Positions 1-15,334 of a stretch of 64,000 bases of DNA are shown here, piece by piece (the stretch's first letter is position 1; every line of letters starts with the position of its first letter). The DNA comes from Octopus sinensis. Its lineage: Eukaryota. The position numbers and the translations under genes were made by a program. The notes beneath the pieces were generated by a model. The model searched no databases and was not told the origin of the DNA. It saw nothing but the letters and a program-made list of their open reading frames with translations. The stretch covers positions 51,894,001-51,958,000 of the forward strand of contig NC_043001.1 of NCBI RefSeq assembly GCF_006345805.1, in the 5' to 3' direction.

Positions 1-701
1 AGTTACAGCTGTGTTTAGATTCGGTTTGTTTTCTACTGTTTAGTCGTTTTGCATTCAATATTTTGCTCTTATTGGCAAAGTTCTTACAGCAAAGGTAGGA
101 AAATTAGAATCCTATGAGTTCTTGGGAAAGTTAGATACAGCAGGTCCAGAAATTCCTTCATTATATTTGTACCTATATTCAAATTGAATTGTAGAATATA
201 CTTAGGGAGATTTTTGTTCAACTTTTGTATTTTAAAATAGTTGGTATTTGTATATGTTTAACTCTTCCTTAATGTCCACATCCTCTTCTGAGTATTTCAA
301 TGTGATTGGTTGATAACCTTCAGAATTCTTTTTTATCGGAGGCTAAGGATGAAATACACTTACTGTTGGCGGCGACTAACCCACGATGAATATTTGGTGG
401 AACATGAAATTGTTTGTCACTATCGAATAATTGTTAATTAGGAGTAAAATTTACCTGTTTCTAAGTTTAGCGTGACATCTAAAATGTTTACCTTAGAAAG
501 ATTGCTATCAACTGTGATAGTTTAATATGAATTCCTGAAAATTATGATTTGGTCATTTTCCTAAATTTGTGAAAACTAGTCATTTGTATTGCTTAAAAGA
601 AATGAAATTATGAACAAGGCCCAACTTAATATGAATTAAATTAATTCAGCTGTTACCATAAAGCCTTCAACAGTAAACAACTATGTCCCACCAATATTGG
701 T

Positions 702-912
702 TTCAAATTTTGGCACAAAGCTAGCAATTTCGCGAAGAAGTAAAGTCGATTACATCGACACCAGTGCTTAACTGGTATTCATTTTATTGACTCCAAAAAT
801 ATGAAAGGCAAAAATCAACCTCGGTAGAATATGAACTCAAAACGCAAAGACAGACGAAATGACGTTAAGCATTTTGAACAGCGCGCTTACGATTCTGCAA
901 ACTCACCACCCT
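702..912 (-). mobile_element. SINE family 1 (tail C), diverged
   Basis: Reverse complement of the family-1 head and core, with tail ...ggccttgtgccaaaatttgaaa. Confidence 0.8.
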
Positions 913-1119
913 ATGACGCCCCATCAATATGCCAACATAAAACATCACTTCTATCAGCACTTACTCCCGCTCCCTTTATTCAGCTTCTTCTCATTTTTCT
1001 TTCCTTCACTTTTTATTGATTCCTTCTATCTCCTAATTCCCCGTATCCTAACGCGGCTTACCTTCTCCTCTGATATATAACTTTGCATTTCCATGTTTTA
1101 GAGCGTATCTTTTAACTTT

Positions 1120-1349
1120 TATCTTTTACTTGTTTTAGTCGTTAGACTCCGGCCATGCTGGAGCACAACCTTGAAGAATTGTCAGTCGAATAAATCGACC
1201 CCAATACTTTTTTTGTTGAGCCTGGTACTTTTTCTATCTGTCTCTCTTGCCGAACCGGGGACGTAAACTAACGAACACCGGTTGCCAAGCGGTGGTAAGA
1301 ACAAACAGACAGGCAGACGCACGCACATACAGACACACGCATGCACACA

Positions 1350-1423
<74 letters not shown>

Positions 1424-1574
1424 GACGGGCTTCTTTCAGTTTCCGTCCACCAAATCCACTCACAATGCTTTTAATCGGCCCGAAACTTTAGCAAAAGACA
1501 CTTACTCATGCAATGGGATTGAACCTGGTACAATGTGGTGGGGAAGCAAACTTCTTACCGTACAGTAACTCCTG
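1120..1574 (-). mobile_element. tRNA-derived SINE family 2 with internal (TG)n microsatellite (CORE-like)
   Basis: Minus-strand head caggagttactgtacggtaag..ggttcaatccc, internal (TG)n, tail ..gctccagcatggccg..aacaagtaaaaga. Other partial copies at ~27340-27600, 36160-36220 and 57040-57085. Confidence 0.75.
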
Positions 1575-2395
1575 AACCTACCTTCTTTATTTTTGATAAT
1601 CTCGAAATTTCACTGAAACGTGTATAACCAGACATGAACACTTAACCGAGGAATTCACAGCTGTATGAGCTACCATTTAACTTTGAAAGTTTTGACTCTG
1701 TTGCGGCTCATTCGAGCACGTACGGCTTTACATATCCACATATATATTTATAATCACATAATTTCAGGAACTTATATGAGCGTAATGTTGCAACAGGTTC
1801 ATAATTCCTTCAGTTTATTTTGTTTATTATGTTCATATTTTTCTTATCTAATATCTATTTCATTTGCGTTCAATAGAAAATTTGTTATAGGGCACCTTCT
1901 GTAAACCAGAGCATTTTAAAGTCGATGCAAATCCCGTGTAATATCTTATCGAAATTTCTCTGAAATATGTTAGGCTGGAATAAACATGCACGCTCGACTG
2001 TGCAATTGACAAGTTTACAGCTTTGCCGCTCTACAAATTATCATACACTCTCGGCTTTAGCTTTAATTCTAAAGGCCAACCAGCACCTAACTATACAGAG
2101 GTTTCCCATTCGCACGCTCTTTCGATCATTAAAGAGAAATCTATGTGTTTCTTTTCTGTCCTTTTCCACTAATAATCTGCTTTTCTTAGCCAGAAGCTTT
2201 TTCCTTGTGAGCTCCTCTCTATGTTCTGAATAACAGATCACTTATACTGCACTTCACATTCAATCTGATTACCACATACTTCAAATTCGGATGACTAAAT
2301 GTACGGTGCTATCTGTTGCAATCATAAATTGCATACGTATTCAATGATCTTGACTCTTCTTGTATGTACTTACTGCATATATGAACACAAACACA

Positions 2396-2438
<43 letters not shown>

Positions 2439-2479
2439 CACACACACACACACACACACCACACACACGCACACACTCT

Positions 2480-2510
<31 letters not shown>

Positions 2511-2928
2511 TTACATGTATGTATGTATGTATACATATATACATATAACACAATGGTGTGCTGGATAGTTCCTGGTTTTGGGTAAAAGAAAAAATGTGAG
2601 GATCAGTTAATTATGATTTTACTCAACATATTCCCCTCTCAGATTCACACATTTATTGCAGCGGTTCTTTCAGTTTTTATAAGTCCTGTAAAAGAAGTCG
2701 CAAGATTGGGTCTCCAAACAGGCCTTTTGCGATATTCTTAAACAAGGGACTTTTCAGTACCCCTTCGTATATAAGTGTCACTCCGTCGGTTACGACGACG
2801 AGTGTTCCAGTTCATTCGACCAACAGAACAGCCTGCTTCTGAAATTAACGTGCAAGTGGCTGAGCACTCAGCAGATATGCTAACGATGTCTCATCTACCT
2901 ATGTAGTCACTACTATATACTCCACTCT

Positions 2929-3165
2929 ATGAAGGCGGCGAGCTGGCAGAATCGTTAGCACGCCGAGTGAAACGCTTAGCGGTATTTCGTCTGCCGCTAC
3001 GTTCTGAGATCAAATTCCGCCGAGGTCAACTTTGCCTTTCATCCATTCGGGGTCGATAAATTAAGTACCAATTACGCACTGGGGTCGATATAATCGACTT
3101 AATCCCTTTGTCTGTCCTTGTTTGTCCCCTCTGTGTGTAGCCCCTTGTGGGTAGTAAAAAATATA
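2929..3165 (+). mobile_element. tRNA-derived SINE family 1 (tail A), young copy with TSD
   Basis: A-box-like tggcagaatcgtt, B-box-like gagatcaaattcc, core gcctttcatcc..ggggtcgataaattaagtacc; perfect 15-bp TSD tatatactccactct at 2914-2928 and 3166-3180. Confidence 0.9.
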
Positions 3166-3844
3166 TATATACTCCACTCTCAGATTGTATGCAATCTGTA
3201 GATAGATTAATTCATAGTCTAACTGTTTTAATTTCAAAAATATTAGGAAAAATACAAAAGCGTAGATGTGTTACATATTTGTGCAACTAAGTCTTTCATT
3301 TTCTCCATAAAGACAGGTTATGAAGTAAAATTAGTCCAGGTATCTAGATATCTTAACACGCGAGTTCCTGTTGGATTTTCTCTTTCCTAATGCGTGGACT
3401 GTTTTTGAATACAAATGAAAGTTGTTCACGCTACAGATGCTCGCCTTCAGATACAAGAGGAGCTTGTATTAGTGAATAATATCTTTGGAAGCCGCAAAAA
3501 TTTACGGGCAGGTGCTAACATGATGTTTGAGGTCCAGCAAATTTCAAAGTTGAAAGTGATATCGAACCAAGTTGCTGGTGAATTTTACACGCCTATCCTC
3601 TTCTAGTCTCGGAAATTATGCAAAAGTTATGTACACTGCTCTCTTTAATTGCCTTAAGTATATAAAAATGTCTTAGATGTTTTATGCTATGGAAGAGAGG
3701 CGTTCATTGCAGAAAATCTTAAAGTGGCTAGAAAGTAATATGTTGAGTATAATGACATGCGTAACAACTATTTAGTACGAAAGACAGAACATAAGTGGAA
3801 ATAAGTAGTTTACGTGCGTACATGTTCGTATGTGTATCATGTGT

Positions 3845-3846
3845 GC

Positions 3847-3930
<84 letters not shown>

Positions 3931-3945
3931 GCCTGCCTACCTGTA

Positions 3946-4012
<67 letters not shown>

Positions 4013-4276
4013 ACTATATGTGTGTGGCGTGTGTGTGTGTGTGTGCGTGTGTGTGCGTGTGTGTGCGTGTGTGTGTGAGCGTGTGTGTGTGTGCGTGTTG
4101 TGTGCGTGTGTGTGCGTGTGTGTGTGAGCGTGTGTGTGTGTGCGTAAACATACATGCACACACACATTTTGATTATTTATTTACATATAATACACACTGC
4201 AACAGAATACATGAATGTATCTATGTGAAAACAAGCATATATGTGCATTAGTACATATACACCTCCTTATTTATGC

Positions 4277-4358
<82 letters not shown>

Positions 4359-4440
4359 ATGTATATATATATATATGTATATGTATGTATGCATGAATGT
4401 GTGTGTATTTACATACGTGCATGCTTAGATACACACACAG

Positions 4441-4476
<36 letters not shown>

Positions 4477-4490
4477 ACACACACAGAATG
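3845..4490. repeat. Compound microsatellites (ATCT)n, (TG)n, (CA)n
   Basis: Direct reading. Confidence 0.95.
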
Positions 4491-4974
4491 AGATGAATAA
4501 TGTAAATTAGACACACTCATAGCACATACACTAAATATTCATTGAGGAAATTCAAAATATATTCCAGTTCAAATGTAACTAAAAAAAAAACACTGAAAAA
4601 ATCCGAGCATTTGAAAAGCCCTTAACACAATCTTACACAGCAAGATATCTCCTTCCTTCTCCCTAAGGCTATTAGAAATTCCCTTCTGCCCTTCCTGGGA
4701 TACAGAGTTGTTGATTAAGTTACTCAAATGAAATATCCAACCATATTTAAGTTGTTTATGCACATGTCTATTACCCTTCATACTGCTAAATTTTGTACAA
4801 AGTTATACTATACAAGCCCCAGGTGCATTTTTTGGCGTGGGGTAATAAAATTAGGTGTTTTCTATGCAAAATGAGTCAGAATATTTGGCGTTCTTTTAGA
4901 ATAGATTTCCGGATGTAAATTACCTGTATGTATGTATGAATGTATATAGGTGTACATATTTGCATGCATTTATT

Positions 4975-5008
<34 letters not shown>

Positions 5009-5099
5009 TGTATGTATGTATGTATGTATGTATGCATGCATGTATGTATGTGTGTGTGTGTATGTATGTAGGTGTGTGTGTGTATGCATGTATGCATGC

Positions 5100-5335
5100 A
5101 TGTCACTGTATCCCTGTATCACTGTATAGACCAGACTATCGGATGTTGTTATACATCGTTGGTCACAATGCACTTCCTCGCGCTGGTGTAGCCTCGAATG
5201 ACGTCAGATTGCCGGCTCGGCAGGCTGGCAGGCAGGTGATTACTTCCGCCTGAACGAGACGGAACACCAAAAACTCAACACATCACTGTTCTGGGAATCG
5301 AAATTTCATTCCCGGGCAACGCCGGGTGACTCTGC

Positions 5336-5338
<3 letters not shown>
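5100..5338 (+). mobile_element. Helitron-like 3' terminus
   Basis: Perfect hairpin CCCGG-GCAACG-CCGGG at 5311-5326, then CTAC (CTAG expected) at 5335-5338 and (TA)n; 5' end not located. Confidence 0.55.
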
Positions 5339-5411
<73 letters not shown>

Positions 5412-5419
5412 AAGGGTGA

Positions 5420-5880
5420 AAAGGAACACACGAGTTGATATATATGAAAAAACAAGTCAAAAATAGAAAATGCTAAAATAATTTTATAGTGAACATTTCA
5501 GTACCGGTTTCGGTCATTTTGAGACCTTTTCAACTGTAACGATTAAATAATTAAATTTAGAAAAATTAGAAGAAAAGTTTTTTTAAAGGAATATTTCTAT
5601 AGTAGTGTTCAGATATAAGTAGCATTCTGCCTTTCTCTGACTCCCTTGTTTGCACTTGTGTGTTGGAGGTCGTTGTGAGTTATTGGTAGGGTAGTAGAGG
5701 AAGAAGGCTGATGAGGAAAGGGGGTGGGAGAATCTGGGAGTGCCCTGTTGGTCGTATTTTGAATGGTCAGTGGCGGCTGGCAGTCGCAGTTCAATTTAGG
5801 AGAATATTTCTATTGAAAGGCTTGTTTATAGAATTTGCGTAGGTGTTATACTAAAAAACATTAGTGACAAAGTTAAGGGG
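5420..5880 (-). mobile_element. Probable Penelope-like element 3'/pseudo-LTR remnant
   Basis: Contains the hammerhead motif; upstream minus frame HLRKF resembles PLE GIY-YIG C-termini (weak). Confidence 0.45.
5499..5536 (-). ncRNA. Minimal type I hammerhead ribozyme motif (U3-A8 variant), Penelope-like
   Basis: Minus strand: cag UUGAAAA gguc-ucaaaau-gacc GAAA c-cg-g U A cug. Stems I and II pair perfectly; stem III is the palindrome ACCGGU. Confidence 0.7.
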
Positions 5881-5891
5881 TAGAAGGTGGA

Positions 5892-6118
5892 GAAGTAGTA
5901 GTAGTAGAAGAAGAAGAAGAAGAAGAAGAAGAAGAAGAAGAAGAAGAAGAAGAAGAAGAAGAAGATGACGATGTTGATGATGATGATGATGAAGAAGAAG
6001 AAGAAGAAGAAGAAGGAGAAGGAGAAGATGACGATGATGGTGATGGTGGTGATGGTTATGACGACGACGATGATGATAATGATGATGATGAAGAAGAAGA
6101 GGAAGAAGAAGAAAAAAA
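5892..6118. repeat. Compound trinucleotide tract (GTA)(GAA)n(GAT)n
   Basis: Direct reading. Confidence 0.95.
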
Positions 6119-6299
6119 CAGAGAAGGGAGAATATGAATGGGTTAAAGTAGTGAGGTGTTGTATGACTTGAAGTTGGCATGTTATGGATTATAGCTGTGA
6201 TTTTAGCTGTGATTAGTAATGGATTCTTTGGAATGTAATATTTGTGTGTGAATATTTCTTTTATTCTAAAGTTGAGGTATATTAATTGTTTGTCGTAGA

Positions 6300-6545
6300 C
6301 CCGTTTAGAAGTGGCCTGTATTTTGCAATAAAGAGAGTTTCTTTACTTATTCGTTGTCTCGAGGTTGTATCGTCCCTAAATTGGTAGAGGGGGAAAATCC
6401 TGAAGCTTGGTGTTTTTTTGCAAATAGTGACTTGGACATTGCTTAGAAAATATTTTTCATTTTTAACCTCGTATATAGTACGCACTAGGGATTTTGAACT
6501 TTAAATTTTGGGGAAAAAATGCGGATTATACTCGAACATTTACGG
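6300..6545 (+). mobile_element. Right end of an element of the same family as 62051-62551
   Basis: Shared ggacattgcttagaaaatattttt..cgcactaggg and terminal tgcggattatactcga.catttacgg + TA; left end not found. Confidence 0.7.
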
Positions 6546-6667
6546 TAAGTTAATTACAAGTTCATGGAATTTTTTGAAGGAAGAGGTAGTTGTTAAACCA
6601 TTTAAAATAACGCTATATGAATAAAGTCAGTGGAGATTTTGAGGGCAATATTTAATGCTTCTTGAAT

Positions 6668-6720
6668 ATCCAGATGATCCAGATGATCCAGATGATCCAG
6701 ATGATCCAGATGATCCAGAT
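6668..6720. repeat. 9-bp minisatellite (atccagatg)x~6
   Basis: Perfect tandem copies. Confidence 0.95.
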
Positions 6721-7449
6721 TCTACAGCATAATATGTATGCTAACGATGAAAATGAGCTTTCATACCTTGTAGTTGTTGCATTCATCTGGTTAAAAAGAC
6801 GAGGATTTCCTAGGTTTTGCAGATGATGAATAAATAACATTTCATAATTTTCCTTTTAAATATTCTATCATGCTGCATGCTGTGCAACCTATGCTGTTCA
6901 CTGAAATATATTCTAGAATATATTTGTTTTCCGCAATCACTTGCTGCGCTCTAATATCAAAGAAATATTTGCTTTGCTTGCGTGTATTGTTTTATAGAAA
7001 TTCATATACATTTATTATACATCACTGTTTGTTTTGAACAAATTTTTTCCTTTACCGATATACACGATATAGATGTATGCTTTGTCTTCAAGTATCAGCA
7101 TTTGTTGTGAGTTTTATTTTTTACTTACAATTTATTTCCCTTCAAAGTGTAGTATAATGGTATTTAAAAGTATAGTATAATGGTACTTCTGTATGGTTTC
7201 ATACTTGAATTCATTTCACATGGTATTTAGATGCAAAAATTACGTTTTCCTATCAAATATGCTTTCCTTTCGAAACTACTTCAACATCGCTTTATCTGGT
7301 GTATGATGAGACGTAAGAAATTATTTTTCCCTACGAAACAACATTGTAGAGTAGAGATGCTTCTTAAGAGGTGTTGCGTCTAATTCGAAAAGCGATGTGT
7401 ATACACACATACATAAATGCGAGCGCGCGCACACCCTCATATGTATACT

Positions 7450-7498
<49 letters not shown>

Positions 7499-7500
7499 AT

Positions 7501-7795
7501 GCGCATGACTCAGTGGTTAGAGCATCGGCCTCACAAACATGAAGTTATGAGTTCGATTCCCGGGCCGGGTTGTGTGTTGTGTTTTTGAGCAATTCACCTT
7601 ATTTCACTTTGCTCCAGTTCACTCAGCTGTAGAAATTAGTTGTAACGTCACTGTGGCCAAGCTGTATCGGCCTTTCCCTTGGATAACATCAGTGGCGTGG
7701 AGAGAGGAGGTTGGTAAGCATGGATGACTGTTGGTCTTTCACAAAAAAACCTTACCTAGGCTTGTGCCTCGGAGGGTAATGTTCTAGGGGCAATC
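7501..7795 (+). mobile_element. tRNA-derived SINE family 3
   Basis: tgactcagtggttagagc (A box) and gagttcgattccc (B box), then ttgctccagttcactcagctg; related remnant at ~52520-52680. Confidence 0.75.
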
Positions 7796-10700
7796 CTCTT
7801 TATACATACACACACACAGACGCATATATATATATATATATATATATATGTGCATACACATACACACACGCGCACACACACACGCACACACACACATACA
7901 CATACATTTCTATATGTATATATATATATTTGCAGAAATACATAATATACATATTGTGTGTATGTCTGTGATTCTGTGTGTGTGTAATATATGGAGACTA
8001 GTTTACAGCGATAATTCTGTTTTCAATTTCACTAGTGGTGATGAGATTCTCTTAGAAGTCGAAGTGGAGTGCATTTCATTGGTTAGATAGGAAACGCTTC
8101 ACAACAACGCACAGCTGCATAGATGGCCAATTGATATATGAGAATACAGACAAATCAGATCCAGTGAACATATAAATACATGTGTAAGCAAGAAACAACC
8201 AAATTCTTTCAATTTTCTCTCCATATAAGTTTAGCGATAACATAAGTCAGCCGCAAGGCATCAACGAAGAAATATCCTTCATAACAACATTCTAACCACG
8301 ATTAAATTCCAGTGGCAGAGGAAAGGAAACAATTACCACCAATAATATTGCACCCCTTGCTAAATTGGCCACAAAGGTGGATACTAGTTAGATGGAAAAA
8401 TGTAGCCACTGAGATCACTAGCTGTTGCTGCTACACCTGCTTTTAGTGCTACCACCAACAGCTCTACATACTGTCCCTAGCACTAACATCAGACTACTAC
8501 TGCTGTTAAATGCTACCCAGCAACAATCAGAAGGAAATGTGATATTTGTAAGAAAAACATGTTATTTTCCAGAACTGAAATGATGAAAGATTGATTGAAT
8601 TAATTTCAGTGATTTTTTTTCCTTATATTTCAACATGACTATGTTGTCTTTTTAAAGCGATCGAAACCGGTAGCTCCTTAGTAAAAAATAAAAATATTGT
8701 CTTACTTTTTCTCAAGCCGGCAGAATTATTTGCACGCCGGACAAATTGCTTAGCGGCATATCATCCGCTTCTATGCTCTGAGTTCAAATTTCCAGGACAA
8801 GTAGATATATTAGGAGTAGTTAACTTAATAGGAACTTAAATAGAAGATGCAAAACATCTATTCCCAAAACCAGGTGGTGGAGTTACGGTAGCTAAAATCT
8901 TACTAAATTACATCTCGGTAACTCATCCGTGTACCCTTAAACAAGTAATACACTTCAAAATATTTTTACTTAATATATTATTAAATGTTCTGTATGAGAA
9001 ATACTTAAAGATGTGAGTGAATTAGTAGTCGTAGTCGGTGAGATCCAGACTAGGATATGAATCGTCTACAGACTATATAAAATAAAGATAGAAAGAACTT
9101 TAATGATAAATAGTTATAATTGGGGAAATTAAAGGAGTTATGGACTGAAGATAAAGAAATAACTGAGTAAAAGTGAAGTGGGGGTCGAAATTGTTTCTAT
9201 ATCAGTAAAGAGTAACTATAGTAGATCTACAAACTTTGTCCATGTAAATTCGAAGTATCTCTTACGTAAGCAATACCTTATTAAGAACTTATATTTGGGA
9301 AATATTTGAACACTTTCCTGGGGTAGTGCAAGAATTTCGGGGTTAATTATCGTCTATTACGCTGAGTAACATGATTTTTATCCTATTTGCTTACCCTTAG
9401 AAATTATGAAAAATGATTGATATTTCCTTCAAAATTTGCTTTTGTTACATTTATTCAACCCCGCTCTCAACATATGGCTATGATGCTTCTCCTCCACACT
9501 TGTTCATTATCAGAGATTCATATATTGTCAGCCAGTAAGGGGCATGCTCAAGTGGTTATAGACAAGCAACTGACAAGCAAATCTGTGGTATTGAACAGAA
9601 TATTTGCTATAACGATATTTCTGCTTCAGCAACTCAGTGCTGAATGTGTCAGAAATGTAATGGGAAATAGGTCATTTTCAAAATGTTGCAAAATCAAAGT
9701 TTGAATAGAATGGTAGTCATTTCTTTTGATTTCTAGACATAAGCAAATAGGAAATAATACTTACTGACCAAAGACAAAAACAATTAAATAAAAATTTTGC
9801 TATCCAATGTTATTCCATAATGGAGTCTAGAGGTACAAAAAAATATGGAGGATTTCTTTCAAGCATAGGTTAAATTTTCTTCTCCCAATTTTATGAGGTA
9901 AAGTTCTACCTTTTATTTCCCCTTTGGTAACAAATTTTGGGTTTTTATTTTATAAGGACAATATAAATTTTCAAGGTGGTGTCCCAGCATGGACATTTCG
10001 TTTTATTATATGTAAGATAACTGAGACAAATATTTCTAGTGGGCAAAATGGCCCTGGATTTCTGTTAAATAACCACTCACCGAGATACGAAGGAGTGGTG
10101 TGCATCATAGTCTTCACTCATACACTACGTCTATGCAATTGCTCCACCTGTTGGGTTGTGGTGGTAGTAGTGGCTGTCGACTTTCCTAACAAACCAAGGA
10201 AACTACATTTCCGTTGGTTTTTCAGATTGATAATACTATCTGTCGGTCGCAACTTCTGACAGAAGTGCGACTGTTTTCAGTGACGGGGAAGATGAACTCA
10301 GGATGAAGAGAACTGAGACAAATACCTCAAAACGATACTGTAACAAATCTATCAATCCACCGCCCTTGCTTGGTAATATGCTCATATATTTCTTTCTATC
10401 TTGTACTAATTTAATCTAGTTCTATCGAATAGCTGAATCAGGATTTTGGCAATTCGACACCGATTTACTTTGGTAAGCATAAACACAAATATGGAAGCGA
10501 GTACGCTGCGCAGCACTCCCCTAACATATATGAGTATATGTGTGCGTGAGTACCTCAGTACAGTTTTGGTAAATTTCACTGGCGTGTAGACGTGTAGAAG
10601 GCATAGTTCCACGCTGTGTTACTGAACCCCTAAGCACTGCATTGTAAAACGATATTGTTAACTACACTGTTATTTTTGTGCATATCGAATAACCGTTTAC

Positions 10701-10850
10701 GCAATTAATGCAAAAGGTTTTTGCTGCGACAGTTGTAACCTACAAAAACCTGTAAAAAAATTAAATGTGTAACAAGTGTGAGCTGAAAAGCGCAGTAGGA
10801 GAGAAGACAGCAAAACTTGCATGATTTTAATGAGCCCTTAAAATGAAGTA

Positions 10851-12106
10851 CGAGTGTGGACTGAAAAGATCATACGATGACTATGAAGGAGTGATGCTAG
10901 AGCTGTGAAATCTTGCATGCAATAATTTCAGCTCTCCTTTATAATAACTGCATTGTTTCTCTCCAGGTAGACTGCCATTTCACTGTTGAAAGAATACTTC
11001 TAATGTTACAAGTAGCGATTTCTCTTGAATGGACAAAATTTGGCATCTTAGTGTCATTATGTACCTTCAGAAAACGGGTTTACCCCCAAGGATATTCATG
11101 CTGACACGATTTCTGCATTAGAGGATGACATTCCAGCTTTATCAACAGTACAAAAATAGACACCTAAATTTAGGAGGAGCCGGGAAAGGCTTGAAGATGA
11201 CCCAAGGTTTGGACGTCCAGCAACTGACACCATCGAGGAAAATATTGAACGTGTTCACCATATGGTGATAGATGATAGGCGATTGACTACAAATCAAATA
11301 ACCAATGTCATTAGCATATCCTATGAGAGAGTTGGGAATATTCTGCATAATGAACTTGATAGGTGCCACGTCTTATGACACCTGATCAAAAGCACTTCAG
11401 ACTAATCAGATCACGGTAAAATCTAACATTGTTGAGGCAGGTCTCCCGCTGATTTCCTTGAACGTTTCCTCAGCAAGGATAAACGTTGGCTTCATCACTT
11501 TGAGCCAGAGACAAAGAGGCAATCCATGCTGTGGAAACCTCCCTCCTCACCTGCTCCAAAGAAGGCCAAGGTAGTTTCATCTGCAGGGAGGGTGACGGTC
11601 TGAATCTTTTGGGATGCAAAAGGCATTGTTATTGGTTATCTTCAAAAGGGCTTCACTCTCGATGGAGAGTACTATGCTAACTTGCTACGACAGTTACGAC
11701 AGGCTATTAAGCACAAACGCCCAGGAAAACTGACGAAAGGAGTTTTGTCTCATTAGGACAATGCTCCAGCTCACAAGTCTTTAAAGTTCCAAGGCTGCTA
11801 TGCGTGACTGGCTTTGGACTGGTTGATCACTCACCATCCCTATTCTCCTGATTTAGCACCATCTGACTATTTTCTATTCCCCAACATAAGAATCCCTATC
11901 ACAGTGATAATGACGTCATATCTGCTGTTGATGACTATTTTTGAGCAACAAAATGAAAGTTTCTTCAATAATGGGATCCAAGCACCGTAACACCGATGGA
12001 AGAAGTGTATGAACCGCAAGGGACTCTATGTTGAAAAATAAACCTTATTTGGTCACATTCTATGAGAGTATCTTGGTCAGTCTCTGAACTTTTCTGCCGA
12101 GTCTCA
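10851..12106 (+). mobile_element. Decayed full-length mariner element (DD34D transposase pseudogene)
   Basis: VPRLMTPDQK, DKRWLHHFEPETKRQS, FWDAKG, DNAPAH, PYSPDLAPSDYFLFP, WKKC..GLYVEK. Imperfect TIRs (16/23 match) flanked by TA at 10849-10850 and 12107-12108. Confidence 0.9.
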
Positions 12107-12571
12107 TAGTTATGAAGTGTGGTACAAAAAGAAAACACAGAAAAGTCTCTGATTATTAATATTTTGAGACTTTTCGCAAGTACGTGAGACAACTCTAAGC
12201 ATATTTCGGTTCTGTTCCTCCTCTACAGTCAGTTGTAAGGTTCACTGTATTTGACAAAGTAGAAAAAGTTCCCTAAATATATTTACAAGAATATACTTAC
12301 GTAGGTGTAGAAGAACACACACAGATGCTCACATACACATACTCACATAGACGCGCATATCAACATATACATAGATACACACCCAAAACACTGAAACTCA
12401 CACTTGCACACCTACGCGTATATTTCTGTAGCACATATATTTGTGTGCGCATGTGTGTGTGTATGTGTGTGTGTTGAGTGCAATTTAGTGAATGTTCTTG
12501 AGGGAATTTTTAGTATTATTTATGAATGATTGTGTTGTGCGTGCGTGCATGTGTGTGTGTGTGTGTGTGTG

Positions 12572-13068
12572 TTGTAATACCTCACTTTACGATGACCCGC
12601 TTTGCGAGACCCCGGGTTTACGAGTTTGGTTTTATAATAAACATAAAGATAAAAATTTTGAACGAAATTCAAAGGTTTCTACTACCATAACAAATGCTTC
12701 TACGTGTTAAGCAAACAACTCTTAGACTTATTTTGCAAAAAGAAATCTACAAGCCCGTCTACGAGTGCTTGGGAATCGGCAATCGCATCTACAAGAGTGC
12801 GAGGGAAAGTGATTCAAAAAACGATTATAGTAATAATATTTTTTAAAATTATAAACGATCTTGATATAATTTTTACTTTACGTAACATACTTTTTATATT
12901 CTACTGTTGTTTTATCGCCATTTATTTACGAGTATTATAAATCTTATAAGTAAAATATTTTTTCTGAGAGCGAATTACGATTTATACCAGTGCTACTATG
13001 GGAAATTATTGCTATACTTTACAAGCTGTCATTGGGCACACATTAACTCGTATATCGAAGCATTACTG
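12572..13068 (+). mobile_element. Tigger-like non-autonomous element
   Basis: Degenerate TIRs gtaatacctcactttacga / tcgtatatcgaagcattactg + TA; internal KQLLDLFCKK..PSTS resembles the Tigger C-terminus. Confidence 0.6.
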
Positions 13069-13128
13069 TATATATATATATATATATATGCATGTATAAA
13101 TACATACGTATATGTACATACCTACATC

Positions 13129-13225
<97 letters not shown>

Positions 13226-13227
13226 AC

Positions 13228-14312
<1,085 letters not shown>

Positions 14313-14544
14313 GGAACATACATATATATATATTCATACTAGAATATAAAGATAAAATTACGTTGATGATTTTTATCAGGTAGTCAGCATGCAATAAAAA
14401 TTTATAGGTAATTTATACATCAAATTGATAATTATATACATAATTATTAATATATATATATATGTATATATGTATATATGTATATATGTACATATATATA
14501 TATATATGCATATATAAGTATATATGTATATATATATACACACA

Positions 14545-14648
<104 letters not shown>

Positions 14649-14762
14649 AGTGTGGTGAGCTCTACATTCACGAGTGGAATTTTGTTCTCATTCAAATTTA
14701 AAACTTTACCCACAGAAAGTTTTCCTCAAAACTCACACGCAAAAAGAAATATAAACACTGTG

Positions 14763-15334
14763 GGATCTTTTCACTTTGACGGGCAGATTTAAAAAATAAT
14801 TTTTTTGTAACTAAACACTTTTAAACTTCGTATACTGGTAGAATGTATGACATAAAATATATTTGACAAACACTGAAGTTTTTCCCCAAATCCAGGGTTT
14901 TTATAACTGCTCAACTTGACTTTAAAGAATCGAAATTACATAAAAATATTCTTTAACTAATTCTTAGAATTCCTATATGAGCAGTTATATTAAGCAATGG
15001 AAAAACGACAATAATATTTTCTTCAGCAATACGGCATTACGTCATATTGCCAGCTACCACAAATTGGCGCACTTATTTAAAAATGGCTACTTGCTACAGA
15101 CATATTGACAAACAACAGCAGTAATTGTATTCACCTCAATAGACGTCATTGATTGGTTGAAATTGCCGAAATACGAGAAATATAACAACAAATAGCTTAC
15201 AAACTAAAGAATTTTCTCAAGAACGCCAAGAGAAAAAGATGTTTTATGTGACACATTCTACCAGCATACGAAGTTTAAAGTCTTTAGTTACAAAAAGTTA
15301 TTTTTTAAATCTGCCGGTCAAAGTGAAAAGATCC
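14763..15334. mobile_element. MITE with GG termini, ~100-bp TIRs and 8-bp TSD (Merlin-type signature)
   Basis: ggatcttttcactttgacgggcagattt... / ...aaatctgccggtcaaagtgaaaagatcc; perfect TSD acactgtg at 14755-14762 and 15335-15342. Confidence 0.88.

Noticed and set aside
3415-3606. 63-aa ORF MKVVHATDARLQ... as host exon
   Set aside because: No recognisable domain, convincing splice sites or supporting neighbouring exons.
6655-6732. Short MLLEY(PDD)n peptide ORF
   Set aside because: Only 25 codons, generated by a 9-bp minisatellite, with no splice or expression support.
7501-7570. tRNA genes (also 21220, 57400 and family-1 heads)
   Set aside because: A/B boxes are present but no cloverleaf; each continues into a SINE body with tail and often a TSD.
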